Shown piece after piece: positions 1 to 8,180 of a stretch of DNA of 19,313 bases. The notes under the pieces were generated by a model. That model saw nothing but the letters and a program-made list of their open reading frames with translations, was not told the origin of the DNA and made no database searches. Where the stretch lies: NCBI GenBank assembly GCA_051382305.1, contig JBBCAV010000245.1, positions 1-19,313 on the forward strand, given 5' to 3'. Each line of letters starts with the position of its first letter. Position 1 is the first letter of the stretch. The translations under genes were made by a program, and so were the position numbers. This stretch comes from Bdellovibrionota bacterium FG-2 (GTDB lineage: Bacteria > Bdellovibrionota > UBA1018).

Positions 1-111
1 TTACTATGCTGAGAGGTGGAGGTCGCGTTCCATGGCTAACTACGCGCCAAAATTATGAAATATGAGTTCACCGAAGACATGGCTCTGCATAATCAAGCGC
101 TCCGCATAACA
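1..111. mobile_element. Terminus of a mobile element inserted in the glutathione peroxidase gene; resembles a RIT (recombinase-in-trio) element end, or alternatively a TG...CA transposon end
   Basis: Two direct repeats, GCTCTGCATAA (82-92) and GCTCCGCATAA (99-109), have a 17-bp period and end in ...CATAACA at 111. An inverted copy TATGCTGAG lies at 5-13. The right boundary coincides with the loss of Gpx similarity. Confidence 0.6.
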
Positions 112-480
112 TTTGATCGCTTCACTACCCAGCACGCCGGGCGCTGATTTTTTTAGATGCTGGTACATCGGATGTGTGGATGGGCCGTTGACCTCGATTT
201 TTGAAAACATCGGGAATTCGACTCCAAACAGTGTTGTGCAGAAGGATTGGATTTCGTCCGCTGTCCCGGGCTCTTGTGCTCCAAACTGATTGCAGGGAAA
301 ACCTAAGACCGCAAAGCCTTGGGCTCTAAATTCGCCGTAAAGAGCCTCAAGTCCTTTGTATTGAGGGGTGAAGCCACAATGGCTTGCAACGTTTACGATG
401 AGTAGCACTTGCCCGCGAAAGGGCGCGAGCGTCGTTTTTTCTCCAGAAAGCCTTATAATTTCAGTATCGTAGATAGACAT
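40..480 (-). pseudogene. gpx: Glutathione peroxidase (Cys-type, BtuE/Gpx family), 3'-truncated; native sequence ends at about 110 and the ORF reads through into foreign DNA to 40
   Basis: Motifs LIVNVASHCGFTPQY, LGFPCNQFGAQEPG, FPMFSKIEVNG and HPMYQHLK are present. The expected IKWNFTKFL is replaced by IKCYAERL... Confidence 0.88.
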
Positions 481-619
481 AGGCCCTCATCTTATCAGAA
501 ATATACCGCAAAAGTGTTCGAAAATCTTCACAATGCGACCAGCACATTTTTGTGGATTTCTCATGAGTCGGTCGGTAGCATTTTCGGGATTGCGCTATGG
601 GTATATGCGGGGGCATTGG

Positions 620-1702
620 ATGACTTTTCGTTCTTATGATTGCAAGAAACTTATTTTCGTTCTTGGTTTTTCCTCTGTGGCGTGGAGTGTTGGCGGCTGT
701 GGTCAAAACCCTCATTTAATTGGGGCAACTGAATTAAACTCTTTTCTTCCTTCACCAAGACCAGAGCAGGCGCAGCCCCCTGTGGGCGATGGCGCGGAAG
801 CGGGATTTAAGACAGACGATTGTGCATTGACCTCAAGTTGTCCAGTACCGAGCGTTACTCCCGCTCCGGAGGTGAGCCCGTTACCGAGTCCGTTGCCCGA
901 GGCATCGCCAAGTGTTTCGCCAATCGCAGTAACAAGCCCGACACCCACCGTAACCTGTCCTAGTTCGCCGGTTGCTCCTGTGCCCACCTCGCAAGTGATA
1001 GTGATTACTTCGCAAGCTCGCCCTTTATCTGCCCAAGAAACGTCGAGCGTGATCTTGCCTTATCGCTCCATGGGCACCCAAAAAGTTAAAGTCGCTCAAA
1101 TCCGAGAAGGAGCGCCGCTTGCGGGTGGAGCTGCGGCGGATTGGAAATGGGTAAAGGACACCCAGGTCTTGTTTGCTTTTGATTTCGACCTTCCTTCTCG
1201 TGCAGATGTGATTGAACCTGAAAATGCGGCGGCGAAATTTCAGCTGAATTTTGTGAAATACACCGCCGAAACCAATCCATATTCACCCACCGAAATTTTT
1301 TGTCTCCTCGATCCTAAGGTCTGTTCCGGGGTTTTGTATTTTGGCGCGTGGGAGAAGAATCGTAACCCTGCTTTTTGGGGATATAGCGGACAGCTCTTGA
1401 GTCGCATGTTCTCAGATGTGGTGCTTTCTTCTCTGATTCCTTTGCCAGGAGACTCGCAGCATCACCTATATTATGGCAATGCAGTGCCTCTGGAGTGGCA
1501 GGACGTTTTTGCAGGTAAGAAGGTTGTAGATGTTCTGTATTCTGGGCAAGTAGAACCTGACCGAGCATCGCTTCGAAAAACTCTGAGGCTTGTCCTTGCA
1601 GATGATACCTATCTTTCGGCGGCAACGTTATCGATTACATTGAAAGTTCGGGCCGGCGCTGTTGTGAGTGGAGCGCAGGTGCTGCCCGAGGTGATTCCAT
1701 GA
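620..1702 (+). CDS. Hypothetical lipoprotein with Pro/Ser/Thr-rich N-terminal linker
   Basis: Long ORF (track start 533). ATG at 620 gives KK + hydrophobic stretch + lipobox-like VGG-C, followed by PSVTPAPEVSPLPSPLPEASPSVSP and a globular C-terminal region. The stop overlaps the next start (ATGA). Start position is uncertain. Confidence 0.7.
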   Translation: MTFRSYDCKKLIFVLGFSSVAWSVGGCGQNPHLIGATELNSFLPSPRPEQAQPPVGDGAEAGFKTDDCALTSSCPVPSVTPAPEVSPLPSPLPEASPSVSPIAVTSPTPTVTCPSSPVAPVPTSQVIVITSQARPLSAQETSSVILPYRSMGTQKVKVAQIREGAPLAGGAAADWKWVKDTQVLFAFDFDLPSRADVIEPENAAAKFQLNFVKYTAETNPYSPTEIFCLLDPKVCSGVLYFGAWEKNRNPAFWGYSGQLLSRMFSDVVLSSLIPLPGDSQHHLYYGNAVPLEWQDVFAGKKVVDVLYSGQVEPDRASLRKTLRLVLADDTYLSAATLSITLKVRAGAVVSGAQVLPEVIP

Positions 1703-3033
1703 CAAATTTTGTGGCCCTCTTGATGTTATTACTGCTGAGTAGTTCTGTCGCTTTCGCTAACGGAATCAGCGTTCAGCTTTATTCGCCTTCCTCTTCTGAT
1801 CAGTTTTTGCGGTCAGAAACGGCTGTGCGCGATTTTTTGCGGATGGACTCCGTTTCGAGTGCAAACCGAAGATTCATGTTTGGGATGACTTATAATTTTG
1901 TCCGCAATCCACTTGTGGAGCTCAGTGAGGAAAATGGAACGCGGGTGAATACCTGGGTCAGTGGAATTCAAACTTTCGACGCAGTGGGGAGTCTTCGTGT
2001 TTCGGATCGAGTCGATTTTAATTTTGATGTTCCCGTGAACTGGGTTGCGGTTCCTGATCAAGCCAACAAAAGCGCGCTCGGAGATGTTAAAGTTTTTCCA
2101 AAAATTCATCTCTCGGATTCTGTTTCTCCCGTGCATTTTGCCTTGGTTCCGGGGCTTTGGCTCCCGACGGGCAATAAGGAGTATTTCGTTTCGGACCATT
2201 CTCTGGGCTGGGGAATGCTTGTTTCTGTTCAGCGAGATTGGGGTTACTTCTCGACTGTCGGGAATTTTGGCTTTCGTAGAGCTGCCGACGCCTCCTTCTA
2301 TAACATTGATTATCGCAATCGCTTGCCGCTGAGTTTCGGCGTCAGTGCGCCGCTTACGCCTACTTGGTCTGCTAACGCTGAGGTGGCGGGTGCTGTGGTG
2401 GTGCCGTTGACAAAATTTCAAAATCCGGCTGAATTCTCTGTGGGGACCAATTATCGCATCACGAAAGATTTTGCCATGCAGGGCGGTGTTGGGTTTGCGA
2501 GTCTCCAGGGGCGAGACAGTACGGATTATCGCATGATCGTGGGCCTTAGATTTTGGCCTTCTTACACCCCTGCATCGACGCCGGCCGCGGGTTTTCTAGT
2601 TGCGCAAGGAGCGCGAACTCCTGCTGCGCCAGCGCCTCTTCCTAAGCCTGCGGATGCGCCACCTTTTCAATTGGATCTCCGAGAGGAAATTCGATTTGAG
2701 CACAATAGTGATGTGCTTACTGCTTCTGCCCGCAACTTATTGGATGAGGTTGCACAGACGCTTAAGGTCAATCGGGGGCGTTATCGGAGTCTTCGTATTG
2801 AAGGACATACCAATGATCTGGGGTCGGTGGATTTTAATTTGAGGCTCTCGAAAGCGCGCGCTCTTTCGGTGCGGACTTATCTTGCGGGGCGCGGTGTGGA
2901 TTCAGTGCTTTTGGATTCTGAGGGTTTTGGCAAAGAGCGTCCTAAGTTTCCACTCGACCCCAAGAGTGTCGGGATGTCGGTTGCCGCGATTCGGGAAGCC
3001 AATCGGCGGGTGGAATTTAGACTGACTTTCTAG
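1699..3033 (+). CDS. OmpA-family outer membrane protein (N-terminal beta-barrel, Pro/Ala linker, C-terminal peptidoglycan-binding OmpA_C domain)
   Basis: Signal peptide ending AFA and amphipathic beta-strand pattern ending VGLRF. OmpA_C motifs IRFEHNSDVL, IEGHTNDLGSVDFNLRLSKARALSV, GFGKERP and NRRVEF. Confidence 0.9.
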   Translation: MTNFVALLMLLLLSSSVAFANGISVQLYSPSSSDQFLRSETAVRDFLRMDSVSSANRRFMFGMTYNFVRNPLVELSEENGTRVNTWVSGIQTFDAVGSLRVSDRVDFNFDVPVNWVAVPDQANKSALGDVKVFPKIHLSDSVSPVHFALVPGLWLPTGNKEYFVSDHSLGWGMLVSVQRDWGYFSTVGNFGFRRAADASFYNIDYRNRLPLSFGVSAPLTPTWSANAEVAGAVVVPLTKFQNPAEFSVGTNYRITKDFAMQGGVGFASLQGRDSTDYRMIVGLRFWPSYTPASTPAAGFLVAQGARTPAAPAPLPKPADAPPFQLDLREEIRFEHNSDVLTASARNLLDEVAQTLKVNRGRYRSLRIEGHTNDLGSVDFNLRLSKARALSVRTYLAGRGVDSVLLDSEGFGKERPKFPLDPKSVGMSVAAIREANRRVEFRLTF

Positions 3034-3080
3034 GGCCTGATTTTCTAGGGTAAACAAAGAAACCCTATTGCTTCTAGGGT
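3022..3080 (+). repeat. Short tandem repeat CTGA(C/T)TTTCTAGGG x2 plus a third TTCTAGGG core
   Basis: CTGACTTTCTAGGG (3022-3035) and CTGATTTTCTAGGG (3037-3050); TTCTAGGGT at 3072-3080; inverted ACCCTA at 3062-3067. Confidence 0.6.
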
Positions 3081-3132
3081 GATTTTGAGCGAATTTGGGT
3101 ATCTCTCACACCCTTACTTAAGGAGCACCGTT

Positions 3133-3651
3133 ATGACCGCTAAAGTTGATTTTACAAAGATTTCACTTCAAGACGCCCTGGATCTTGCCATTTTGATCGA
3201 AGAAGAGGCGCGAGAGCGATACATCGAGTTTACTAAAGTGGTGGGTGGGGGGTACGAAGGGGATGCGGCTGATGTGTTTGAGAGTATGTCTCGTAATGAG
3301 GCGAAGCACGGTCAGCAACTTCAGGAGCGTCGAAAAAAACTCTTTGGAGCGACGCCTTCGCGAGTCAATCGTTCGATGGTTTTTGATATAGAAGCTCCAG
3401 ATTCGGGCGCGCCGCGACCTTTCATGGGGCCTAGGCAGGCTGCGGAAGTTGCGATGGAAGGTGAGAAAAAAGCTTGGGCCTTTTTCACCGAAGCATTACA
3501 GCACGTCAAAGATGCTGAGGTGAAATCGCTTTTTGTTGAGCTTCAAGGCGAGGAGCTTGAGCATCAAGCCGTTCTCCAGAGACTCATGGAGCATTTGCCT
3601 GAAGGTGCTGATGTCGCGGAAGAAGACGCTGACGAGCCGTCAGCTCTTTAG
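3133..3651 (+). CDS. Rubrerythrin / ferritin-like di-iron protein without rubredoxin domain
   Basis: AGGAG RBS at 3121-3125 before ATG 3133. Two E...ExxH halves (LAILIEEEARERY...EAKH; AMEGEKKAWAFF...ELEH); acidic tail; no CxxC motifs. Confidence 0.88.
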   Translation: MTAKVDFTKISLQDALDLAILIEEEARERYIEFTKVVGGGYEGDAADVFESMSRNEAKHGQQLQERRKKLFGATPSRVNRSMVFDIEAPDSGAPRPFMGPRQAAEVAMEGEKKAWAFFTEALQHVKDAEVKSLFVELQGEELEHQAVLQRLMEHLPEGADVAEEDADEPSAL

Positions 3652-3701
3652 AGTTAAGTCGCCGGTATCAAACCGCACTGTCCAAGTTTTTTACACTTAC
3701 A

Positions 3702-3730
3702 CTGTCATTTTTACAAAAGTGTGCTATGAT
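3702..3730 (+). promoter_or_regulatory. Putative sigma70 promoter P1 (distal, upstream of carD)
   Basis: CTGTCA (3702-3707) - 17 bp - TATGAT (3725-3730), with extended -10 TG at 3722-3723. Confidence 0.45.
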
Positions 3731-3739
3731 GCATTGGTT

Positions 3740-3804
3740 GGTGCCATAACTACTCCAGTAAATTCAATGAATTGAATTATTTGCTGTGCGTTATTTTAGG
3801 CACC
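3740..3804 (+). other. Long imperfect stem-loop in the carD upstream region (candidate structured RNA)
   Basis: Nested complementary pairs GGTGCC/GGCACC, ATAAC/GTTAT, CAGTA/TGCTG (one G-U) and AATTCAA/TTGAATT. Confidence 0.45.
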
Positions 3805-3898
3805 TTAATTGCTTATAGCGCGCCGATGCGTGATGACTCCTCATCTCATATTCGCGGTTTTACGTTTGCAGAATTCGTGTCGATCGGTTCTAGTGGGT

Positions 3899-3928
3899 TT
3901 GACTTTTTAGATCTCACCATGCTAGAGT
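3899..3928 (+). promoter_or_regulatory. Putative sigma70 promoter P2 for carD
   Basis: TTGACT (3899-3904) - 18 bp - TAGAGT (3923-3928), with extended -10 TG at 3920-3921. RBS GGAGGT at 3965-3970. Confidence 0.5.
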
Positions 3929-3980
3929 CCGGTGGTCAAAATTCTGCCTCAACTAGGCGGAGTCGGAGGTCCTTCTAAGT

Positions 3981-4463
3981 ATGTTCAAAGTTGGAGACAG
4001 TGCTGTATATCCTGCTCATGGTGTTGCTGTAATCAAGCGGATCGAGGAAAAGGATGTCGGTGGCAAGAAGAAGACGTTCTACGTTCTTCAAGTCGTCGAT
4101 AATCTCATGACGATCATGGTTCCAACGGACAACGTTGCCTCAGTGGGGCTTCGTCAAATCGTCTCCACCAAAGATGTGAAGACCGTTTATGAAATTTTGA
4201 AAGATCGTAACGTCAAGATCGATCAAACGACCTGGAATCGTCGGTATCGCGAATACATGGAAAAGATCAAGACCGGATCGATTTTTGAAATCGCTGAAGT
4301 GTTGCGCAATCTCTTTTTATTGCGCCATAGCAAAGACCTTTCCTTCGGGGAAAGAAAAATGCTGGACCAAGCCAAACACCTGCTTGTGAAAGAAATTTCG
4401 TTGGCCAAAAAAGCCAATGAATCATTTGTGGAACAAGAAATTCAGACGATTTTTGCTTCTTGA
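3981..4463 (+). CDS. carD: CarD/CdnL family RNA polymerase-binding transcription factor
   Basis: N-terminal RID FKVGDSAVYPAHGVAVI...IMVP...VGLR, conserved Trp in DQTTWNRRYR, and LSFGERKML. 160 aa with no HMGA tail, so CdnL type. Confidence 0.96.
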   Translation: MFKVGDSAVYPAHGVAVIKRIEEKDVGGKKKTFYVLQVVDNLMTIMVPTDNVASVGLRQIVSTKDVKTVYEILKDRNVKIDQTTWNRRYREYMEKIKTGSIFEIAEVLRNLFLLRHSKDLSFGERKMLDQAKHLLVKEISLAKKANESFVEQEIQTIFAS

Positions 4464-4467
4464 TCAG

Positions 4468-4494
4468 GCTTGGGTTAATGTTTAACCCAAGTTT
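4468..4494 (+). terminator. Hairpin filling the carD-cysS spacer (weak terminator, attenuator or processing site)
   Basis: CTTGGGTTAA-TGT-TTAACCCAAG is a perfect 10-bp stem (4469-4491), followed by TTT and the cysS ATG. Confidence 0.5.
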
Positions 4495-6006
4495 ATGACG
4501 CCAAAAGAAACATCAGAAATCCAAGAAATATTCGTAACTAATTCCATATCCCGCCGCAAAGAGCGGCTCGAAACTCGTGTGCCCGGAAAGCTTACGATGT
4601 ATTCGTGCGGCCCGACGGTTTATGGTTTTATTCACATCGGAAACCTCAGGGCTTTATTGACCGCGGATATGTTTTTCCGCGTCTTCAAACGCGCGGGGTA
4701 TGACGTCACTTATGTTCGAAATTATACGGACGTGGACGACAAAATTATTAAACGCGCCAATGAAGAGGGGATTTCGTCCGAAGAAGTCGCGCGAAAATAT
4801 ACGCTTGAAGTTGAAAAGGATTGTCAAACTGTAGGAGTGCTCGAGCCTACTCATAAGACCACCGTTACGACTCACATCGCAGAAATTATCACCATGGTTG
4901 AGCGAATCATCGCAGCCGGCAAGGCCTACGTAGTTGACGGCGAAGTTCTTTTTTCGATTGCGGATTTTCCGGGCTATGGAAAACTTTCGGGCAAGAACAT
5001 TGAAGACCTTGTGGCGGGAGCACGTGTCGAAGTGAGAGATATGAAGCGAAATCCTCTGGATTTCTCCTTGTGGAAACCTGCGAAACCGGATGAACCTTCT
5101 TGGGATAGTCCGTGGGGAAAGGGGCGCCCGGGTTGGCATATCGAATGCTCTGCCATGTCTTCGAAATGGTTGGGGGATCAGATTGATGTGCATCATGGGG
5201 GCGAGGATTTGATTTTTCCACATCATGAAAACGAAATCGCGCAAAGTGAGGCGGCCTCCGGAAAAGCCCCGTTTGTGAAGTATTGGCTTCATCACGTGTT
5301 TGTGAATATGGCCAAAGAGAAGATGTCCAAGAGTTTGGGTAATGTGCTGACGGCTCGGGATTTTTTAAATACTTATTCAGGGGAATTTGCACGCTACCTT
5401 TTGCTATCCGTTCATTATCGTTCCATCATTGAATTTGGAGAAGAAGCAGTTGATCAAACGCTGAACTCTTTGCAGCGAATCTATGAAGCGAAGCAGAAGG
5501 CGTGCGAAGTTGCGGCTCGTCCTGCTCTGGTAGAAGCCCCAGAGTGGGCTGCGTTTCGGGTGACGTGTGCGAAGACCCGAAAAGACATGGGCGACGCGTT
5601 TGCTCATGACTTCAATACTCCGGGAGCAATGGCGGCGGTGTTTGTTTTGATCAGGGAGTTTAATCGTATTTGCGCAACCGGCGCTCAAGGCGGCAATGAG
5701 GCTGCGCGGTTGCTGACTGAGATCCTAGAGGAAGACTTAGACGGGGTTTTAGGCGTGGGACAACGCCCGCCCGAAGATGCACTTAAGGATTTACAGCGCA
5801 TTCGAGGCGCTCGACAGACTGCGGTGAGTGGTGCGGCGGCCGTGAGCAAAGACGAAATTGATGCCCTTATTGCCGAGCGCCTTGCAGCGCGAAAAACAAA
5901 GAACTTTGCCCGCTCGGATGAAATCCGGAAAGATTTGCAAGCGCGCGGTGTGATATTAAAAGACGGACCAGGGGGAACAACCTGGGAATATGGCAATATT
6001 CACTGA
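4495..6006 (+). CDS. cysS: Cysteine--tRNA ligase
   Basis: CGPTVY, HIGN (HIGH motif), [50 protein letters not shown], and C-terminal [14 protein letters not shown]. Confidence 0.98.
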   Translation: MTPKETSEIQEIFVTNSISRRKERLETRVPGKLTMYSCGPTVYGFIHIGNLRALLTADMFFRVFKRAGYDVTYVRNYTDVDDKIIKRANEEGISSEEVARKYTLEVEKDCQTVGVLEPTHKTTVTTHIAEIITMVERIIAAGKAYVVDGEVLFSIADFPGYGKLSGKNIEDLVAGARVEVRDMKRNPLDFSLWKPAKPDEPSWDSPWGKGRPGWHIECSAMSSKWLGDQIDVHHGGEDLIFPHHENEIAQSEAASGKAPFVKYWLHHVFVNMAKEKMSKSLGNVLTARDFLNTYSGEFARYLLLSVHYRSIIEFGEEAVDQTLNSLQRIYEAKQKACEVAARPALVEAPEWAAFRVTCAKTRKDMGDAFAHDFNTPGAMAAVFVLIREFNRICATGAQGGNEAARLLTEILEEDLDGVLGVGQRPPEDALKDLQRIRGARQTAVSGAAAVSKDEIDALIAERLAARKTKNFARSDEIRKDLQARGVILKDGPGGTTWEYGNIH

Positions 6007-8176
6007 ACGTAAATTCGATCTTCATACACTTTTTCAACCCACCGGGGATCAGCCACAAGCTATTGAGGCGCTGGTGCGTGGGCTTAATCAGAACAAAGAT
6101 TCACAGGTTCTTTTAGGGGTAACGGGTTCTGGTAAGACGTTTACGATTGCCAACGTTATTGCGCAAGTAAATCGACCTACATTGATTTTAAGTCATAACA
6201 AAACGCTGGCGGCCCAGCTTTTTAGCGAATTTCGGGAGTTCTTCCCTAATAATGCGGTGGAGTATTTTGTCAGCTATTACGATTACTACCAACCCGAAGC
6301 CTATATTGCGTCGACGGATACCTACATTGAGAAAGATTCTCAGATCAACGACGAGATTGATAAGCTCCGGCATTCGGCTACACGTTCGTTGCTTGAGCGA
6401 AATGATATCATTATTGTTTCTTCGATTTCATGTATCTACGGTTTAGGATCTCCCGAAGCCTATGAGGGGATGCTGCTTTATTTGGAGCAGGGGCGGGAGA
6501 TCAAACGCCAAGACATGCTTCGAAAACTTGTAGAAATCCAATACAAACGCAACGACGTGGATTTTCACCGAGGCACCTTTCGGGTTCGTGGCGATGTGGT
6601 GGAGATTTACCCAGCCTATGAAGAAGAGCGCGCGATACGCGTCGAGTTTTTTGGCGACGAAATTGAATCGATCTCGGAAGTGGACCCCTTGCGTGGGGTA
6701 CGGTTAGCACGGATTCCGAAAGTAACACTTTATCCTGCCAGTCATTATGTCACGACTTTGGAAAGTCGGAAGCGCGCGATCGATTCTGTTCGGGCAGAAT
6801 TGCAGCCGCGCTTACAAGAACTAGAGGGGCAGGGAAAACTGGTTGAGGCTCAGCGCTTGGGGCAGCGCACGCTTTTTGATCTCGAGATGATTGAGGAGCT
6901 GGGTTTTTGCTCGGGGATTGAGAACTATTCGCGGCATTTGACGGGGCGTGCGCCGGGGGAGGCTCCGCCGACCTTATTGGAGTATTTTCCGAAAAACTGG
7001 CTTTGTATCGTAGATGAAAGTCACGTGACGGTCCCACAGATTGGGGGAATGTATCGCGGCGATCGCGCGCGAAAAACTTCTTTGGTCGAACATGGTTTTA
7101 GGCTTCCTTCGGCGCTTGATAATCGGCCGCTGAATTTTGAGGAATGGGAAAAGGGCCTTCATTCGACCATTTATGTCTCCGCGACTCCTGGAGAGTACGA
7201 GCTTACTAAAGCGGGCGGTGAAATCGTTGAACAGGTGATTCGGCCTACAGGGCTACTCGACCCCGTGGTTGAGGTGCGACCCGCCAAAACCCAGGTGGAC
7301 GATCTGCTTGTGGAGATTCGAAAACGCGTGGAGCGGCATGAGCGTGTCCTAGTGACGACTCTGACTAAAAAGCTCGCGGAAGATTTGTCTAAGTACTATC
7401 TCGCACAGGGCGTGAAGGTGAAGTATCTGCACTCGGATATCGATACGCTCGAGCGTATTGAGATTTTGCGAGATTTGCGGCTGGGAACGTTTGATGTGTT
7501 GGTGGGCATCAATTTGTTGCGAGAAGGCTTGGATCTGCCCGAAGTGTCGCTGGTTGGGATTCTCGACGCGGATAAAGAAGGGTTCTTGCGATCCGCGCGT
7601 TCCTTGATTCAAACGATGGGGCGAGCCGCGCGTAATGCCGATGGATTTGTCATTTTGTATGCCGACAAAATCACGGACAGCATGCGCAAAGCGATTGATG
7701 AGACAAGTAGAAGGCGGGCGCTGCAGGAACGTTACAACACAGAGCATGGCATCACCCCTCAGACCATCCAGAAGAAGATTGCGGCGCCGATTTCAATGGG
7801 CGGCGAGAATGATGACGAGGAGATGGGGGGCCCGTCGGGTGCGCGCGGTTCGCACAGATCTAAGAGTGAACGTGCGCAGGCAACCAAGCATGCTCTTCGA
7901 ACAGGAGGAGACCAGGGAAGGCGCGCAAGCCTTTGGGCGGCGGCAGACTCGGGTGCCGCTATCGCGGCCTTGGATTTTGTGGATGGTGCGAGTTGTGTTG
8001 AGCAGATTCGAGAGGCGGCGGGCGAGTTTTTTACTAAGATCGAAGATCTCAGTCGTATCATTCGCGAGATGGACGCCGAAATGAAAAAGGCTGCGAAAGC
8101 TCTTGAGTTTGAGCGCGCCGCAAATCTTCGAGATCGAGTAAAACGGCTGGGGATTTTGAAGTTGAGTTTGGGTTGA
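5990..8176 (+). CDS. uvrB: Excinuclease ABC subunit B
   Basis: PTGDQPQAI, Walker A GVTGSGKT, beta-hairpin [42 protein letters not shown], and C-terminal UVR domain. Overlaps cysS by 17 bp. Confidence 0.98.
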   Translation: MAIFTERKFDLHTLFQPTGDQPQAIEALVRGLNQNKDSQVLLGVTGSGKTFTIANVIAQVNRPTLILSHNKTLAAQLFSEFREFFPNNAVEYFVSYYDYYQPEAYIASTDTYIEKDSQINDEIDKLRHSATRSLLERNDIIIVSSISCIYGLGSPEAYEGMLLYLEQGREIKRQDMLRKLVEIQYKRNDVDFHRGTFRVRGDVVEIYPAYEEERAIRVEFFGDEIESISEVDPLRGVRLARIPKVTLYPASHYVTTLESRKRAIDSVRAELQPRLQELEGQGKLVEAQRLGQRTLFDLEMIEELGFCSGIENYSRHLTGRAPGEAPPTLLEYFPKNWLCIVDESHVTVPQIGGMYRGDRARKTSLVEHGFRLPSALDNRPLNFEEWEKGLHSTIYVSATPGEYELTKAGGEIVEQVIRPTGLLDPVVEVRPAKTQVDDLLVEIRKRVERHERVLVTTLTKKLAEDLSKYYLAQGVKVKYLHSDIDTLERIEILRDLRLGTFDVLVGINLLREGLDLPEVSLVGILDADKEGFLRSARSLIQTMGRAARNADGFVILYADKITDSMRKAIDETSRRRALQERYNTEHGITPQTIQKKIAAPISMGGENDDEEMGGPSGARGSHRSKSERAQATKHALRTGGDQGRRASLWAAADSGAAIAALDFVDGASCVEQIREAAGEFFTKIEDLSRIIREMDAEMKKAAKALEFERAANLRDRVKRLGILKLSLG

Positions 8177-8180
8177 AGCC

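Noticed and set aside
18-58. GGAGGT + ATG mini-ORF MANYAPKL
   Set aside because: Only 8 codons, inside a putative element end; cannot be supported.
99-111. GTTATGC at the gpx junction as an integron recombination core
   Set aside because: No attC stem is present; the 17-bp-period direct repeats plus an inverted copy fit an element end better.
380-385. Selenocysteine recoding in gpx
   Set aside because: The active-site residue is an ordinary Cys codon (TGT) in VASHCG, with no in-frame TGA.
778-990. Pro-rich region as a DNA tandem repeat or CRISPR-like array
   Set aside because: The repetition is at the amino-acid level only. No identical spaced DNA repeats and no cas genes were seen in the window.
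3600-3651. Rubrerythrin C-terminal tail as an encapsulin targeting peptide
   Set aside because: The tail is acidic (EEDADEPSAL), lacks an L-x-[IV]-G-S-L-like motif, and no encapsulin gene is nearby.
3697-3707. TTACACTGTCA as a possible LexA box (TTAC-N3-GTAA type, recalled for Bdellovibrio)
   Set aside because: One mismatch in a short motif within AT-rich DNA, and no comparable site was seen upstream of uvrC.
3740-3804. Hairpin as an integron attC site or Xer dif site
   Set aside because: AAC...GTT ends are present, but R'/L' spacing and complementarity do not fit. There is no integrase or cassette array, and no XerD arm.
3772-3978. 68-aa ORF upstream of carD
   Set aside because: TTG start without RBS, no recognisable motif, and it overlaps the predicted carD promoter and RBS.
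4654-5295. Long antisense ORFs over ompA, cysS, uvrB and uvrC (e.g. 1813-2421, 4654-5295, 7759-8409, 15637-16237)
   Set aside because: Shadow frames of well-supported genes, with no motifs of their own.
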